From Candidatus Thorarchaeota archaeon (GTDB lineage Archaea; Asgardarchaeota; Thorarchaeia; Thorarchaeales; Thorarchaeaceae), in contig JAGSHN010000020.1 in the NCBI GenBank assembly GCA_029855935.1, forward strand, positions 1 through 64,000: 64,000 nucleotides of DNA, given 5' to 3'. Below, one piece after another: positions 37,212 to 47,132 of this stretch (position 1 is the first letter of the stretch; the number at the start of each line of letters is the position of its first letter). The translations under genes were made by a program, and so were the position numbers. The notes under the pieces were generated by a model. That model was not told the DNA's origin and did not search any database. It saw nothing but the letters and a program-made list of their open reading frames with translations.

Positions 37212-37588
37212 TCCCCAGATACCTCCTTCACAATCCTGTCCATCCCATCCGAGAGCTCGCGCCAGATCTTGCTCATCATCCTCACAGCCTTCTCTCCCTC
37301 CCTCGTGAGGGTGTAGTACTTCTTCGGCTTTGCAGGGTCAGTGTAGTCCCACTCCGCCGCCAGAAGTCGCCTCTTCTCAAGACGCCTAAGAATGGGATAG
37401 ACGGTCCCCTGTTCAAGCGACAGAAACGAAGCCTTCTCGTCAAGCTGCTTGACCAGCTCGTAGCCGTAGGCACGACCGCCACTGAGCAGTGCCATCACGG
37501 CAAGCGATACCGCGCCGCGCTTGACCTCCTTCGACCACCGTGTGATCTCCTCCTCGACATTGTCAGACACTCTGGTCACACTCATCAC
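37208..37588 (-). CDS. PadR-family transcriptional regulator
   Basis: YGYEL...GTVYPILRRLE...KKYYTLTREG. Confidence 0.95.
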   Translation of the reverse strand: MMSVTRVSDNVEEEITRWSKEVKRGAVSLAVMALLSGGRAYGYELVKQLDEKASFLSLEQGTVYPILRRLEKRRLLAAEWDYTDPAKPKKYYTLTREGEKAVRMMSKIWRELSDGMDRIVKEVSGE

Positions 37589-37592
37589 CCGA

Positions 37593-37628
37593 CATATGGT
37601 AGCACCATATGATGGCTGTCATCATATG
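37593..37628. promoter_or_regulatory. Two overlapping perfect inverted repeats, putative PadR operator
   Basis: catatggt-agc-accatatg (37593-37611) and catatgatg-gctgt-catcatatg (37606-37628), immediately upstream of padR. Confidence 0.7.
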
Positions 37629-37700
37629 TGGCGAACGACTGTTGGGCCATTCAGATTGGCCTGCGCAGCAGCGACGGATGGGCCCCGTCTGGCTACGGCT

Positions 37701-38774
37701 CTATTCGAATATGCAGCCGCCTGGCCGGCTCGGAGCGGGAGTGCCCTCCTTGATGTGCACGAGGATTCCGTGCGACTTGGAGAACTCGAGAACAGTCTCC
37801 ACGCAACGGGAATAGAATGCCGAGGAGTTGGGATACTCTCTGACCAGCCTATTGTAGTTCCATCTTCCGAAGATAATCTTGTCAACAAATGAGACCTGTT
37901 CGAGAAGGTCCGTTAGTCGCTGCTGGACGATATTAGGAGTCGGATACGGTTCGATACTGACCCAGGTCTTCAGGCCCAAGCCGCTGAGCCTGCGGAGTGA
38001 GGATATCCTGTCTTGAGGAGGTGCCGAGAGCGGTTCATACCGGTCCACGAAACCCTTGTCAAGAGAAACCACCGAGACTCCGTACTCATTGTCCGCAGCG
38101 TATCTCTCATCTGACAGGGAGGGGGGATAGAGGCCCTTGGTGAGCGTGGTCACGCGGACTCCAGCGCGATTCAGCCTCTCGATAATCGCAAGCGTCATGT
38201 CACGGACCCAGGGTATGACCCGGTGGTTGACGGGGTCGTACATAAACGGGTCTGTCGTGAAGGACAGGTGAACAAAGCGGATCTTGCCTCTCAGGCGTGG
38301 GAGCTCCCGGTCAAGCAGCTCCAATGCATTCCCCACAAGGCGCGGATGGAGCCAGTCCTCATATCCGGCGACTCGGCCGTACCGACGAGCCATCATCATT
38401 GCGTAGCAGGGGTACCTGCATCCGTGAGCACATCCCAGCAGGTGGTTTATTGTGTAGTCTCCGTACTCCACCCCGGTCCGGTACATTAGACTCTTGCGTC
38501 GGATTGTGGGAAATGAGTCAAAGTACACAACGTCACGCGATCTGATGTCGGTACGAATTCTACCCTCTGCAATTCGCGGGCGCCGCTCCACGTACACGCG
38601 GCCTTCCCTCTCAAGATATCGAATTGAGGCCTCAACCAGCCTTGGGTCAACACCGGAGGCAACATCCGCAAGGAGGTCTATGACTGGCATATGTTGGCCT
38701 CTGAGCTCCTCCAAGAGAGCCCTCGCCAGTTTCGCTATTTCAGCCTGTCTTGGAACCTGGATCTCCACTGGCAA
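37701..38774 (-). CDS. Radical SAM protein (SPL/Gp37-Gp68-like) with a CX3CX3C motif and an N-terminal wHTH-like extension
   Basis: YGDYTINHLLGCAHGCRYPCYA, LSFTTDPF, LTKG and TWVSIEPYP motifs. Confidence 0.8.
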   Translation of the reverse strand: MPVEIQVPRQAEIAKLARALLEELRGQHMPVIDLLADVASGVDPRLVEASIRYLEREGRVYVERRPRIAEGRIRTDIRSRDVVYFDSFPTIRRKSLMYRTGVEYGDYTINHLLGCAHGCRYPCYAMMMARRYGRVAGYEDWLHPRLVGNALELLDRELPRLRGKIRFVHLSFTTDPFMYDPVNHRVIPWVRDMTLAIIERLNRAGVRVTTLTKGLYPPSLSDERYAADNEYGVSVVSLDKGFVDRYEPLSAPPQDRISSLRRLSGLGLKTWVSIEPYPTPNIVQQRLTDLLEQVSFVDKIIFGRWNYNRLVREYPNSSAFYSRCVETVLEFSKSHGILVHIKEGTPAPSRPGGCIFE

Positions 38775-39146
38775 TTATACCATCACACGCTATCACTTCT
38801 GTATTGTGACACTTACCCTACAAACAGGCCGCCGTTCGGCCAGTGAGTCAACCCGTTTCTCCCACCACGTGTAGTCGTCCACTTGAATCACACCCCTTTT
38901 GGCATCAATATCCGGATTGCCAGTCTGACTGAAAAACCCCTCGTACACACAAGTGAGCAGAAAGTCACGCAATATGTGGAGACAATGGCCTCACCAGCTA
39001 TCTGATATCACAATGGCGCCACAAGTCACAACACGGATTGTTGGAGGCCCGGTCAGGGAACCACCTCCACTGGCACATCGAAAGATGTGGTGCTAGAAGG
39101 CTACAGCTCAGCCTCTTGCCACAGTCTTCCGAGCCTTTCGCTGGTA

Positions 39147-40580
39147 TCAATGGTGGTGCGCGTGCTCTCCCGGCGGCCTATCAGGCGCAAGACGGCCGAC
39201 AGCACGCTGAACCAGCTCCGGCAGGGCCGGATGGATATGTATCGCCCGCAGGATGGGAACGTAAGTGCCATCGCCGCAGTTCATCACGTTGGTGATCTCC
39301 TGAATCAGGATGGGAGCGTGGGGTCCGATGATTGTCGCGCCGAGAATCCGTCCATTCTCAGCATCGCAGACGACCCTAAGAAAGCCCGGAGGATAGCCCA
39401 TCGCAGCACCCTTCGCAGCACCCCCGTAGTCAATCTGGCCGACAAGCAGTCTCCTACCAGACTCGCGGGCCTCCGTCAGCGTCATTCCGACGGTGGCAAT
39501 GGGGGGATACGAGAAGATCGCACGCGGCACAGCGTGGTAGTCCATCGTGAGGAGGTTCGGTTCTCTCCCGCTCTTCTCGGCCTCAAGGACCTCGAGAAAG
39601 TTGTGCCACACGATCGACGACTCCTCGTTCGCAGTATGTCTGAACATATAGCGTCCTATGGCATCACCGAATGCCCAGATGTTCTTCTTTGTTGTCTGGA
39701 AATATTCATCCACGATCACGTAGCCTCTCTTGTCGACCTTGACACCCGTCTTCTCGGGCTTGAAGAGGTCAGCATTGCTCCGCCGGCCTGCTGCGATTAG
39801 GAGGGCCTCGCCGCTCGCCTCGACAGTGTCGCCAGTCGCCTTGTTCCTCGCTCTGACCGTCTTGATATCGCCCCTCTGTGTGACCTCTGTGACCTCATAG
39901 CCCGTGAGAACACGCATCCTCTTTGACAGCTCCTGTCGGAGCAGCTCGGAGACATCAGGGTCCTCCTTCTTCACCAGTCGCGGGTTACGTCCGACAATCG
40001 TCACCTCGGTACCGATGGCGGAGAAGAAGTGAGCGAACTCGACGGCCACAAAGCCACCACCGACAATGACCATTGACCGCGGCTGTTCCTCCAGCTCCAG
40101 CACTGTCTTGTTGGTGAGGTAGTCAACCCTGTCCAGTCCCTTGATCGGCGGGATGACCGGACGCGAGCCTGCGGCGATGAAGACGTAGGGAGCCTTGATG
40201 GTCTCATCTCCGACCCTCATCGTGTAGTCGTCGACGAACTCCCCTGTCACGTGATACCAGTCGAGACCCTCAACGGCGTTGACAGACTCGCCCATCCTCT
40301 TGGACTCGCCCAACGTCTCGTGACGCATCCGAGCCATCAGACCCTTGAAGTCCACCGCCTCGACTCGCGCGCGCAGATTGACGGCCTCGGCGTGGCGCAT
40401 CTCCATTATCACGTCGGCAACATAGGTGAGCATCTTGGTAGGTATGCAGCCTCTGTTCAGACAGGTGCCTCCGAGAGGACCGTTCTCGACAACGGCGACT
40501 CGCATCCCCCTCTCAAATGCTGCAGCCGCCAGGTTCATTCCGGCACCGGAACCGAGAACAATGAGGTCGTAGTCTTTCAT
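39147..40580 (-). CDS. Dihydrolipoamide dehydrogenase / mycothione reductase-like flavoprotein disulfide reductase
   Basis: GSGAG, GGTCLNRGCIPTK, GGGFVAVE, WAFGD and HPALPE motifs. Confidence 0.9.
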   Translation of the reverse strand: MKDYDLIVLGSGAGMNLAAAAFERGMRVAVVENGPLGGTCLNRGCIPTKMLTYVADVIMEMRHAEAVNLRARVEAVDFKGLMARMRHETLGESKRMGESVNAVEGLDWYHVTGEFVDDYTMRVGDETIKAPYVFIAAGSRPVIPPIKGLDRVDYLTNKTVLELEEQPRSMVIVGGGFVAVEFAHFFSAIGTEVTIVGRNPRLVKKEDPDVSELLRQELSKRMRVLTGYEVTEVTQRGDIKTVRARNKATGDTVEASGEALLIAAGRRSNADLFKPEKTGVKVDKRGYVIVDEYFQTTKKNIWAFGDAIGRYMFRHTANEESSIVWHNFLEVLEAEKSGREPNLLTMDYHAVPRAIFSYPPIATVGMTLTEARESGRRLLVGQIDYGGAAKGAAMGYPPGFLRVVCDAENGRILGATIIGPHAPILIQEITNVMNCGDGTYVPILRAIHIHPALPELVQRAVGRLAPDRPPGEHAHHH

Positions 40581-40695
40581 AGTGCTCGACAGCAGCAGTA
40601 GACAGTATTAAGATTGCTTGTTGCGCAGTGTTCTCTCCGCCGACTATGTGCCGAATGCGATATCCTTTATTGACGAGGGCCTGCTGGTGGGTGGT

Positions 40696-41403
40696 GTGAA
40701 GATTCCACAGAGCTTGGCCGAGAGTCTGATTGAGGCAAGCAGAGATCACATCTGCGAACCGGCTGACTGCTGTGTGAGGCTGGTCGCCATCGCAGACCTG
40801 CCTTCCGAGTTCGGCCATTTCCAGATATGCGGTTTTGTCAGTCCGTGTGATGGCAAAGAGCACACGGCAATCATCAAGGGCAATGTGGTCGACAAGGAGA
40901 ATGTCCTGCTGAGGGTGCACTCCGAGTGTCTCACCGGCGACGTGATGGGAAGCAAGAGATGCGATTGCCGGGACCAGCTCATCACCTCGTTGAGGATGAT
41001 TGAGGAGGAGGGCACGGGCATACTCATCTACCTCCGACAGGAGGGCCGCAATATCGGCCTCACCGAGAAGATCAGGGCGTACTCCCTTCAGGACCAAGGA
41101 GTCGATACGATTGACGCAAATATGCTGCTTGGGCATCAGGCCGACGAGCGCGACTACGGTGTGGCTGCTCATATGCTCCGGACGCTGAGGATACAATCGG
41201 TCCGCCTGCTGACAAACAATCCTGACAAGATCAGGCAGCTCACCAAGCGTGGAGTTGTGATAACGGAGAGAGTTCCGCTCGTCACACCAGTGACAGAGTA
41301 CAACAGATTCTATCTGGAGACCAAGCGGAGCCGTGCAGGGCATCTGCTGGGAGAGGAGGCCGCCCTCACGTCGGTCGAGGACATCTGTGGCGATGGGTGC
41401 TGA
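40696..41403 (+). CDS. ribA: GTP cyclohydrolase II
   Basis: RVHSECLTGD..GS.RCDC..QL, YLRQEGRNIGL, DERDY and LLTNNPDK motifs. Confidence 0.95.
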   Translation: MKIPQSLAESLIEASRDHICEPADCCVRLVAIADLPSEFGHFQICGFVSPCDGKEHTAIIKGNVVDKENVLLRVHSECLTGDVMGSKRCDCRDQLITSLRMIEEEGTGILIYLRQEGRNIGLTEKIRAYSLQDQGVDTIDANMLLGHQADERDYGVAAHMLRTLRIQSVRLLTNNPDKIRQLTKRGVVITERVPLVTPVTEYNRFYLETKRSRAGHLLGEEAALTSVEDICGDGC

Positions 41404-41474
41404 CCGAAGCCGCTGATACCACCTATGACAAGGTCCCCAGCGGGGGCAGGGAGCAGCGAGAAGACAGAGATCTG

Positions 41475-43367
41475 CTACCTGCGCACGACAAAGTATCCTC
41501 CAATGACTGTGATCACCGATGCCACTGCAACAGCTATGACCAGTGCGACGAGAACGGAGACTCCCGCAGAAGCCCCCTCGCCCGGGGAATACGAGAAGGT
41601 CTCGGTGGTCTCAGTTGGCTGATAGGTGGATGTTACTGTGTACTGTGGCGCTCGAAAGTAGCCGTCGTATCGTACAAGCTGCATGACAGTCCCCGGTTGG
41701 TAGACCGTCACAAAGAACGGCCCGCCTGTGATGAGATCATCCACGAGTGGGTTGGGATCCCACGAGGCATAGTCCTCGGGGGTGAGCGAGGACAGAGTCG
41801 CCTTGGGCAAGATTGGTACCATACCCACATCCACGAGATTCCAATACGAGCCGGGATAGAACTCAACAATGAGAGTGTAGTCCGACGCCTCAAGCGTTGA
41901 CTGGAGACTACGAACCTCATCGTGAAAGTTGCACTCCTCAGCCTCATAGTAGAAGTTGATCGAATAGGACACATCCTCAGCCGTGACTGGGGTGCCATCA
42001 GACCATGTCACGTTCTGAAATAGATGAAAGACGAAGCGGACTGCACCCTCCGGAACGGCCTCGTCATCAGCATGAGTGTAGGTCAGGTAGTCCGTACACA
42101 ACCACGGTACGGGGCTTCCGTCGGGTCCTATCAGGAACAACGAGTCGTAGAGGTCGCGAAAGACAGGCAGAGAGTCGAAAACAGAGGACGCCATTGGGTT
42201 GAAGGTGTCAATATCTGTTCCAATCGCCCATCTGAATGTCCCGCCGAGGGGACCGCCCTGGTCGGTCCTCAGACGGAGGAACCTGTTGGTGATCTCGGTG
42301 AGCGCTCCGTGATTCATCCGACTGACAAGCCCCTCGAAGCGGTTGGTCCTATGGGCGACGTAGGTGTAGGGCTCGAAGAGCGGAATGATTGGGCAGTCCT
42401 GCAGGATGATGGACTGGAGGTCCTCGGCCATTCCGGATACGGCCTCAAAGGACGGGGCGGTCACGAACGAATCGCGTAGAGAGTCGTACACCGCATTGGT
42501 GTAGCCCGCTATGTTCCTGTATCGATCGGTCGCAAGGTCGCCGGAGAGCTCATCGACGTACCAACGTTCGTCGGTTGCAGGAGGACTGGTACTGGGTGTC
42601 GAATACGAACAGGTCCAGATGCGGATGTCAAACCAAGTCCACCACTGAGAGAGGTAGCCAGATGGAGGGCTGTGATCGACCTTCACATCGATACTTATCG
42701 CCTCAAGAGTACCACCCACTGCGTCAGCAGTGTCGTACAAGAAGTCGGTGTCAGACCCCACATCGATTGTAATATGAAACGGGGTCCCATCAGGAGCGTC
42801 TCTGTAGCCGTCGTCATTGGCATCGACGAATCCTGCAGTGTCGAGCAGGTCGTTGGCCTCATCCACGTGTGCCTCATAGTAGGTCCCGCCCAGCCGGTTC
42901 TCGGCTGACAGTGGACTCGTGCGTGGAATGAATGAGTCGATGGGCAGTGCACCGCCATCGATCACTGAGGACACCATAGCATTCTTGTCCAATGCCAGCG
43001 CCACCGCTCTGCGAAAGGCACTGATGTTCAAAGGGTACCTCGTGCAACGGAAGAAGGCGCAGACGTAGAAGTCCATCAGGGCCGGGGCAACATCGACATA
43101 GGAGTGCCCCTGCAGGGTACCGAGGTACTGCGCTCCCAGAGGTATCCCGACGACGTCGACACTGTCGTCCAGTAGCGCTGACACCATCTGGTCGGTCTCA
43201 GCATACTGGCGATAGACGATTCCGTCGACAAATGGTCCAGTCTTGCTGAACTCCTGTGTCGACTGTGAGATGACAACTGTTACTAGAGGTGTCACAAGGA
43301 AACAGACACAAAAGACCAGTACCGACAATTCTCTGACGCTCAATTTCTGATGCCCCTTCTCTCTCAC
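41475..43367 (-). CDS. Family 5 ABC substrate-binding protein, circularly permuted
   Basis: GPFVDGIVY at the N-terminus, FRRAVALALDK, then GGTFRW, YDSLF, WSDGTPVTAEDV and GGPF. C-terminal TM helix. Confidence 0.9.
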   Translation of the reverse strand: MREKGHQKLSVRELSVLVFCVCFLVTPLVTVVISQSTQEFSKTGPFVDGIVYRQYAETDQMVSALLDDSVDVVGIPLGAQYLGTLQGHSYVDVAPALMDFYVCAFFRCTRYPLNISAFRRAVALALDKNAMVSSVIDGGALPIDSFIPRTSPLSAENRLGGTYYEAHVDEANDLLDTAGFVDANDDGYRDAPDGTPFHITIDVGSDTDFLYDTADAVGGTLEAISIDVKVDHSPPSGYLSQWWTWFDIRIWTCSYSTPSTSPPATDERWYVDELSGDLATDRYRNIAGYTNAVYDSLRDSFVTAPSFEAVSGMAEDLQSIILQDCPIIPLFEPYTYVAHRTNRFEGLVSRMNHGALTEITNRFLRLRTDQGGPLGGTFRWAIGTDIDTFNPMASSVFDSLPVFRDLYDSLFLIGPDGSPVPWLCTDYLTYTHADDEAVPEGAVRFVFHLFQNVTWSDGTPVTAEDVSYSINFYYEAEECNFHDEVRSLQSTLEASDYTLIVEFYPGSYWNLVDVGMVPILPKATLSSLTPEDYASWDPNPLVDDLITGGPFFVTVYQPGTVMQLVRYDGYFRAPQYTVTSTYQPTETTETFSYSPGEGASAGVSVLVALVIAVAVASVITVIGGYFVVRR

Positions 43368-43577
43368 CTGTACTCTGGACGGCTACGAGTCCGCGTTCCG
43401 AGATATCACCGTTCTTGTGTTGGAAAGGTCACAACTCAATGAGCCATGAGAAACTAACAGCCGAGTCAGGTCCTCACAACCGAGGGGGACGGCCAACTGA
43501 TTCTCACCACCGAAGGGTATAAAACCCACACAAAGGGTTCGGGCGAGCAGTCAATGCGGCTCAGGGAAGTAGGTGAT

Positions 43578-45326
43578 ATGTCCAGCAAGAAGATGATGGG
43601 TGCTGCCCTCCTGACTCTGCTACTAGCGCTTCTGATAGTCAGCCCAATGATGACGCAGCGGCCTGTCCAGTCGGTGGCCGCACACCACAGGACCAGCTTT
43701 GCTCTTGCCGAGCTGACCATCAACCACCCGCCCGATATGACCTTCGAGAACGGGACCCGTGGCAAGAGAATCGTGTGGAACGCGACCGACCCTGACCCGA
43801 AGAATTACACGGTCACGAGGGACGGCGAGGTCTTCTCCTCAGGTCAGTGGTTCGGCGAGCCCATCATCGTGGACCTCGACTCCCTCTACGAGCAGAACCT
43901 GACCTACTCTCTCCCGCGGACGTTCACCTTTGTGTGCACCGTCTTCAATATGCAGAACCAGTCCGTGTCGGATGAGGTACTTGTCACAGTCATTCCTGAC
44001 GAGGCGGCGCCGATCATAGCCCAGCCAGAGAACATAAGCTATGAGGAGGGCAGCTTCGGTCACTACATCAGGTGGAACATAACGGAGAGCAACCCGGACT
44101 TCTACAACATCTCAAGGGTGACAGATGATCCTCAGAGCACGAACGGCACTATAGAGTACGGCGACTGGGACGGTAGCAACATATCGCTCAACGTCGATAA
44201 TGGCAACGCCACCCACTGGTATCTCTACACCCTGTTTCTCAACGACACGCTGGGCCACAACTCCACCAGCGTAGTCAATGTCACTGTCTATGAGGATCTC
44301 ACGCCCCCTACAGTGAGCTCTCCTGATGACATCGCATACGAATACGGTGCGAAGGGTAACCGCATCGTCTGGCACGTCTATGACAGCAATCCGAAGAACT
44401 ACACCATCATAATCACCTACACTTTCATCAACAAGACATACGGCTACCTTGACGAATCGCAGGTCCCGCTACAGAACATCACGCAACCCAACTGGGTCAT
44501 AGTTCATCCGACTGGCGACGACCTGATAATCGAGATTGACAACCTGTATGTCGGCAACTACACGTACAACATAACGCTCTTTGACATATACGGGCGCAAT
44601 GCCACTGATGCAGTCAACGTGACCGTATACTACGACCTGCGCGCGCCAGTCGTCACAGCCCCTGCGGACTATTCATACGAGGAGGGCTACACAGGTCACT
44701 GGGTAAATTGGACCATTGACGAGAACAATCCGAAATCGTACAATCTCACACTTGACGGCGATCTTCTCGAGGGCGGAGAGTGGAACGGCACAGGGTTCAA
44801 TGTCAGCGCCGACGGACTCTCTGTCGGCGACCACGTATTCAACCTCACACTGACGGACTACTTCAACCAGACCACCGTCTCGGCCGTTGTCGTGACAGTC
44901 GACCCGGACTCTCATCTGCCGATAGTCAGCAACATTCAGGCTCTCCAGTCCTTCCGGTCGGCAACGGAGAACAACGTCACGATACAGGCCTCTGCCTGGG
45001 ACCTCAACGGAATAAGGCTGATGCAGGTCGAGTGGCGTGTCGGCAACGATACCGGGACTGAGACAAAGAACATGACAAAGACAGACTGGGGACTCTACGT
45101 GGCGGAGATAGGCGCGTTCCAAGTAGGCACTGTCCTGTACTACAGGATACTCGCCACGGACAACTCGTCTGTGAACAATGTCAACACCACCGAGTGGATC
45201 AGACTGGAGATCACCCCGCTCGCAACACGGCCAACACCTGCGCTGGTCTGGGTGCCAGTCCTCGTCGTCGGAGTCCTCTCCTTCCTGGTGGTGACATATC
45301 TCTACGTCAAGACCCGCACACGATGA
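43578..45326 (+). CDS. Cell-surface protein with tandem Ig-like repeats
   Basis: Four P-x-D-x-x-YE-x-G...I-x-W...D-x-NP-x-x-Y repeats plus a fifth Ig-like domain; signal peptide, C-terminal TM helix and many sequons. Confidence 0.85.
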   Translation: MSSKKMMGAALLTLLLALLIVSPMMTQRPVQSVAAHHRTSFALAELTINHPPDMTFENGTRGKRIVWNATDPDPKNYTVTRDGEVFSSGQWFGEPIIVDLDSLYEQNLTYSLPRTFTFVCTVFNMQNQSVSDEVLVTVIPDEAAPIIAQPENISYEEGSFGHYIRWNITESNPDFYNISRVTDDPQSTNGTIEYGDWDGSNISLNVDNGNATHWYLYTLFLNDTLGHNSTSVVNVTVYEDLTPPTVSSPDDIAYEYGAKGNRIVWHVYDSNPKNYTIIITYTFINKTYGYLDESQVPLQNITQPNWVIVHPTGDDLIIEIDNLYVGNYTYNITLFDIYGRNATDAVNVTVYYDLRAPVVTAPADYSYEEGYTGHWVNWTIDENNPKSYNLTLDGDLLEGGEWNGTGFNVSADGLSVGDHVFNLTLTDYFNQTTVSAVVVTVDPDSHLPIVSNIQALQSFRSATENNVTIQASAWDLNGIRLMQVEWRVGNDTGTETKNMTKTDWGLYVAEIGAFQVGTVLYYRILATDNSSVNNVNTTEWIRLEITPLATRPTPALVWVPVLVVGVLSFLVVTYLYVKTRTR

Positions 45327-45336
45327 GAGACTGCAG

Positions 45337-45873
45337 TCACCCGCTCGGAGCGCCGAGGCCTAACAGCCGGAGGACCATTGCCGGTATCTCAGAGCGATTG
45401 CTTAGGGTGACAGGTACAAGCCTGACGTCATCTCGGGCGCGGACTTGGTCCAAGAAGGGGAGCGACCGACTCTGGATTGTGCCCACTACCCGGCCCGTGT
45501 CAAGGCATCGAATCACCTCCTCCCTGAACGCCGGGGAGAACAGCTCCATCCTTCCGATCTCGTCCACAATGATGATGTGTCTCATCTCTCGTGCTGTCCT
45601 CATTGCAGGAACGGCAACCGAGTCTATATCCACGACATTGACCACGTATCTTCCAACACGCGGGCCCGAGCGGTTAGTCGCCCGAGCAAGAATACCTCTC
45701 CTGCCATCTAGCGCGACAATCTCAAAGCCCGTCCTGCGACCGCCCTCGCGAATCTCCGTGGAGTAGAACCCTCCGGCAGTGCCGCCGGGCAGCATCTCAA
45801 CGAGCCGCAATATGGCAGTAGTCTTACCAACTCGGGGCGGTCCTGTCAGGAGGATATTCAACGACCGTTTCAC
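45337..45873 (-). CDS. THEP1/NTPase_1 family nucleoside triphosphatase
   Basis: LTGPPRVGKTT, GGFYSTEIREGGRRTGF and IVDEIGRME motifs. Confidence 0.95.
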   Translation of the reverse strand: MKRSLNILLTGPPRVGKTTAILRLVEMLPGGTAGGFYSTEIREGGRRTGFEIVALDGRRGILARATNRSGPRVGRYVVNVVDIDSVAVPAMRTAREMRHIIIVDEIGRMELFSPAFREEVIRCLDTGRVVGTIQSRSLPFLDQVRARDDVRLVPVTLSNRSEIPAMVLRLLGLGAPSG

Positions 45874-45878
45874 CGGAC

Positions 45879-46961
45879 TCAGCTGTCTCTCTGAACATAT
45901 GGGCGGGTGGCCTTGAACCTTGCGACGCCCATCACCTTGCGGACTGCCTTCTCGTCCAGCGGCTCGGCCTCAATCGCTCCTCTCTCCCTGGCCAACTCGA
46001 AGGCGGCCTTTCCCTCCTCAGTTCGGACGATGACCGTGGTCCACTCGTCGTCCGTGCCGATGTTCCCGCAGGAGATGTCGCTGTTCACCGCCGTGAGATC
46101 CGTGCAGTAGTGACAGGACGACGAGACAACGCCGTCAAGGTCCGTCACAGGCCACTCCTGAGTACCAGCGTTGGTGGTGACTCTGAACACTCCTGACGAG
46201 ATCTCCATCTTTGAGACGTTCTTGACATCAACTCCGTGATCAGTGAGGAACTGGGCCAGGCCCTCCCTGTTGAACGACTCCATACAGAACAGGCCCATTC
46301 TGAGAACGGTGACACCATCGTTCTCATCCTCAGACAGAGGCCCAGCCGGATGCCTTGCCAGACCAGCCAGTGCGTCGATGTCGCACGGTGTGCCCACCAC
46401 TGCAACTCTCCTGTGTCCTGCCTTCAGTGCATCAAGGAGAGTGGCCACAACGGGGGCGTGCGAGTAGATTGTGCCACCTGATCGTCTCGCCTCCGCAGGA
46501 CTGCTCACGACCTTGGCCTCGGGAGACCAGCGGTCCTCATCCGTCGGGCCAACCGCCACCACGGCCTCCACGCGTCCAGTCTCCAAGAGCGTGGAGAGTA
46601 TGGCCGTCACGACCCCGCCGTTCTGTCCACGGTGTCTATCGGATGAACAGGCCCGCCACACCGAGATGTATTGGCCGATCAGATTCACTGCACCATACGG
46701 TGTCCTCGGGCAGAACTCGTAGCAGAGTCCGCAGCTCTTGCACTTGCCCTCTAGTACGGGCACTAGCCTGCCATTGCTGTAGCTGAGAGAGAGAACCTGT
46801 TCGGGGCACACGCCGACACAGGTTCCGCACTCCACACATACCCCAGTGTCCACAACATCCTTCCTCAGTCTGCGAAACGCCCAGCGCCTGGTGTTCTCTT
46901 TGAGCCATTGTGCAGTCGTTGCCAAGCGATCGTCTATTGAACGAACCAATGGTGATCTCAC
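45879..46961 (-). CDS. Coenzyme F420 hydrogenase/dehydrogenase beta subunit (FrhB/FdhB family) with a 2x[4Fe-4S] domain
   Basis: Two CxxCxxCxxxCP motifs, QNGGVVT, VGTPC, GLFCME, CHYCTD and DISCGNIG. Confidence 0.9.
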   Translation of the reverse strand: MRSPLVRSIDDRLATTAQWLKENTRRWAFRRLRKDVVDTGVCVECGTCVGVCPEQVLSLSYSNGRLVPVLEGKCKSCGLCYEFCPRTPYGAVNLIGQYISVWRACSSDRHRGQNGGVVTAILSTLLETGRVEAVVAVGPTDEDRWSPEAKVVSSPAEARRSGGTIYSHAPVVATLLDALKAGHRRVAVVGTPCDIDALAGLARHPAGPLSEDENDGVTVLRMGLFCMESFNREGLAQFLTDHGVDVKNVSKMEISSGVFRVTTNAGTQEWPVTDLDGVVSSSCHYCTDLTAVNSDISCGNIGTDDEWTTVIVRTEEGKAAFELARERGAIEAEPLDEKAVRKVMGVARFKATRPYVQRDS

Positions 46962-47132
46962 TTCCGGACGGGTGAAGACGGGTACAACCCCGACCGTCTA
47001 TCGGTCGCGCACAGTCATCTGATCCACGCCGCGCGTCCGGGCGCGATATAACGGTTACTGAACGAAGACCGAAGCACTTCCGGTACGAAGATTTATCACG
47101 GAATCGCTGTTCTTCACACATAGAATGGTCGG

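Noticed and set aside
39147-40580. Calling this gene lpdA of a 2-oxoacid dehydrogenase complex, or merA
   Set aside because: There are no E1/E2 neighbours and no C-terminal Cys-Cys pair. The HPALPE ending is mycothione-reductase-like, so no symbol was assigned.
46961-47020. In-frame ATG...TAG upstream of the FrhB-family gene (similar case at 6126-6239), suggesting amber read-through
   Set aside because: The extensions have no recognisable similarity, TAG is used as a normal stop elsewhere (3401, 9040), and there are no pyl genes here.
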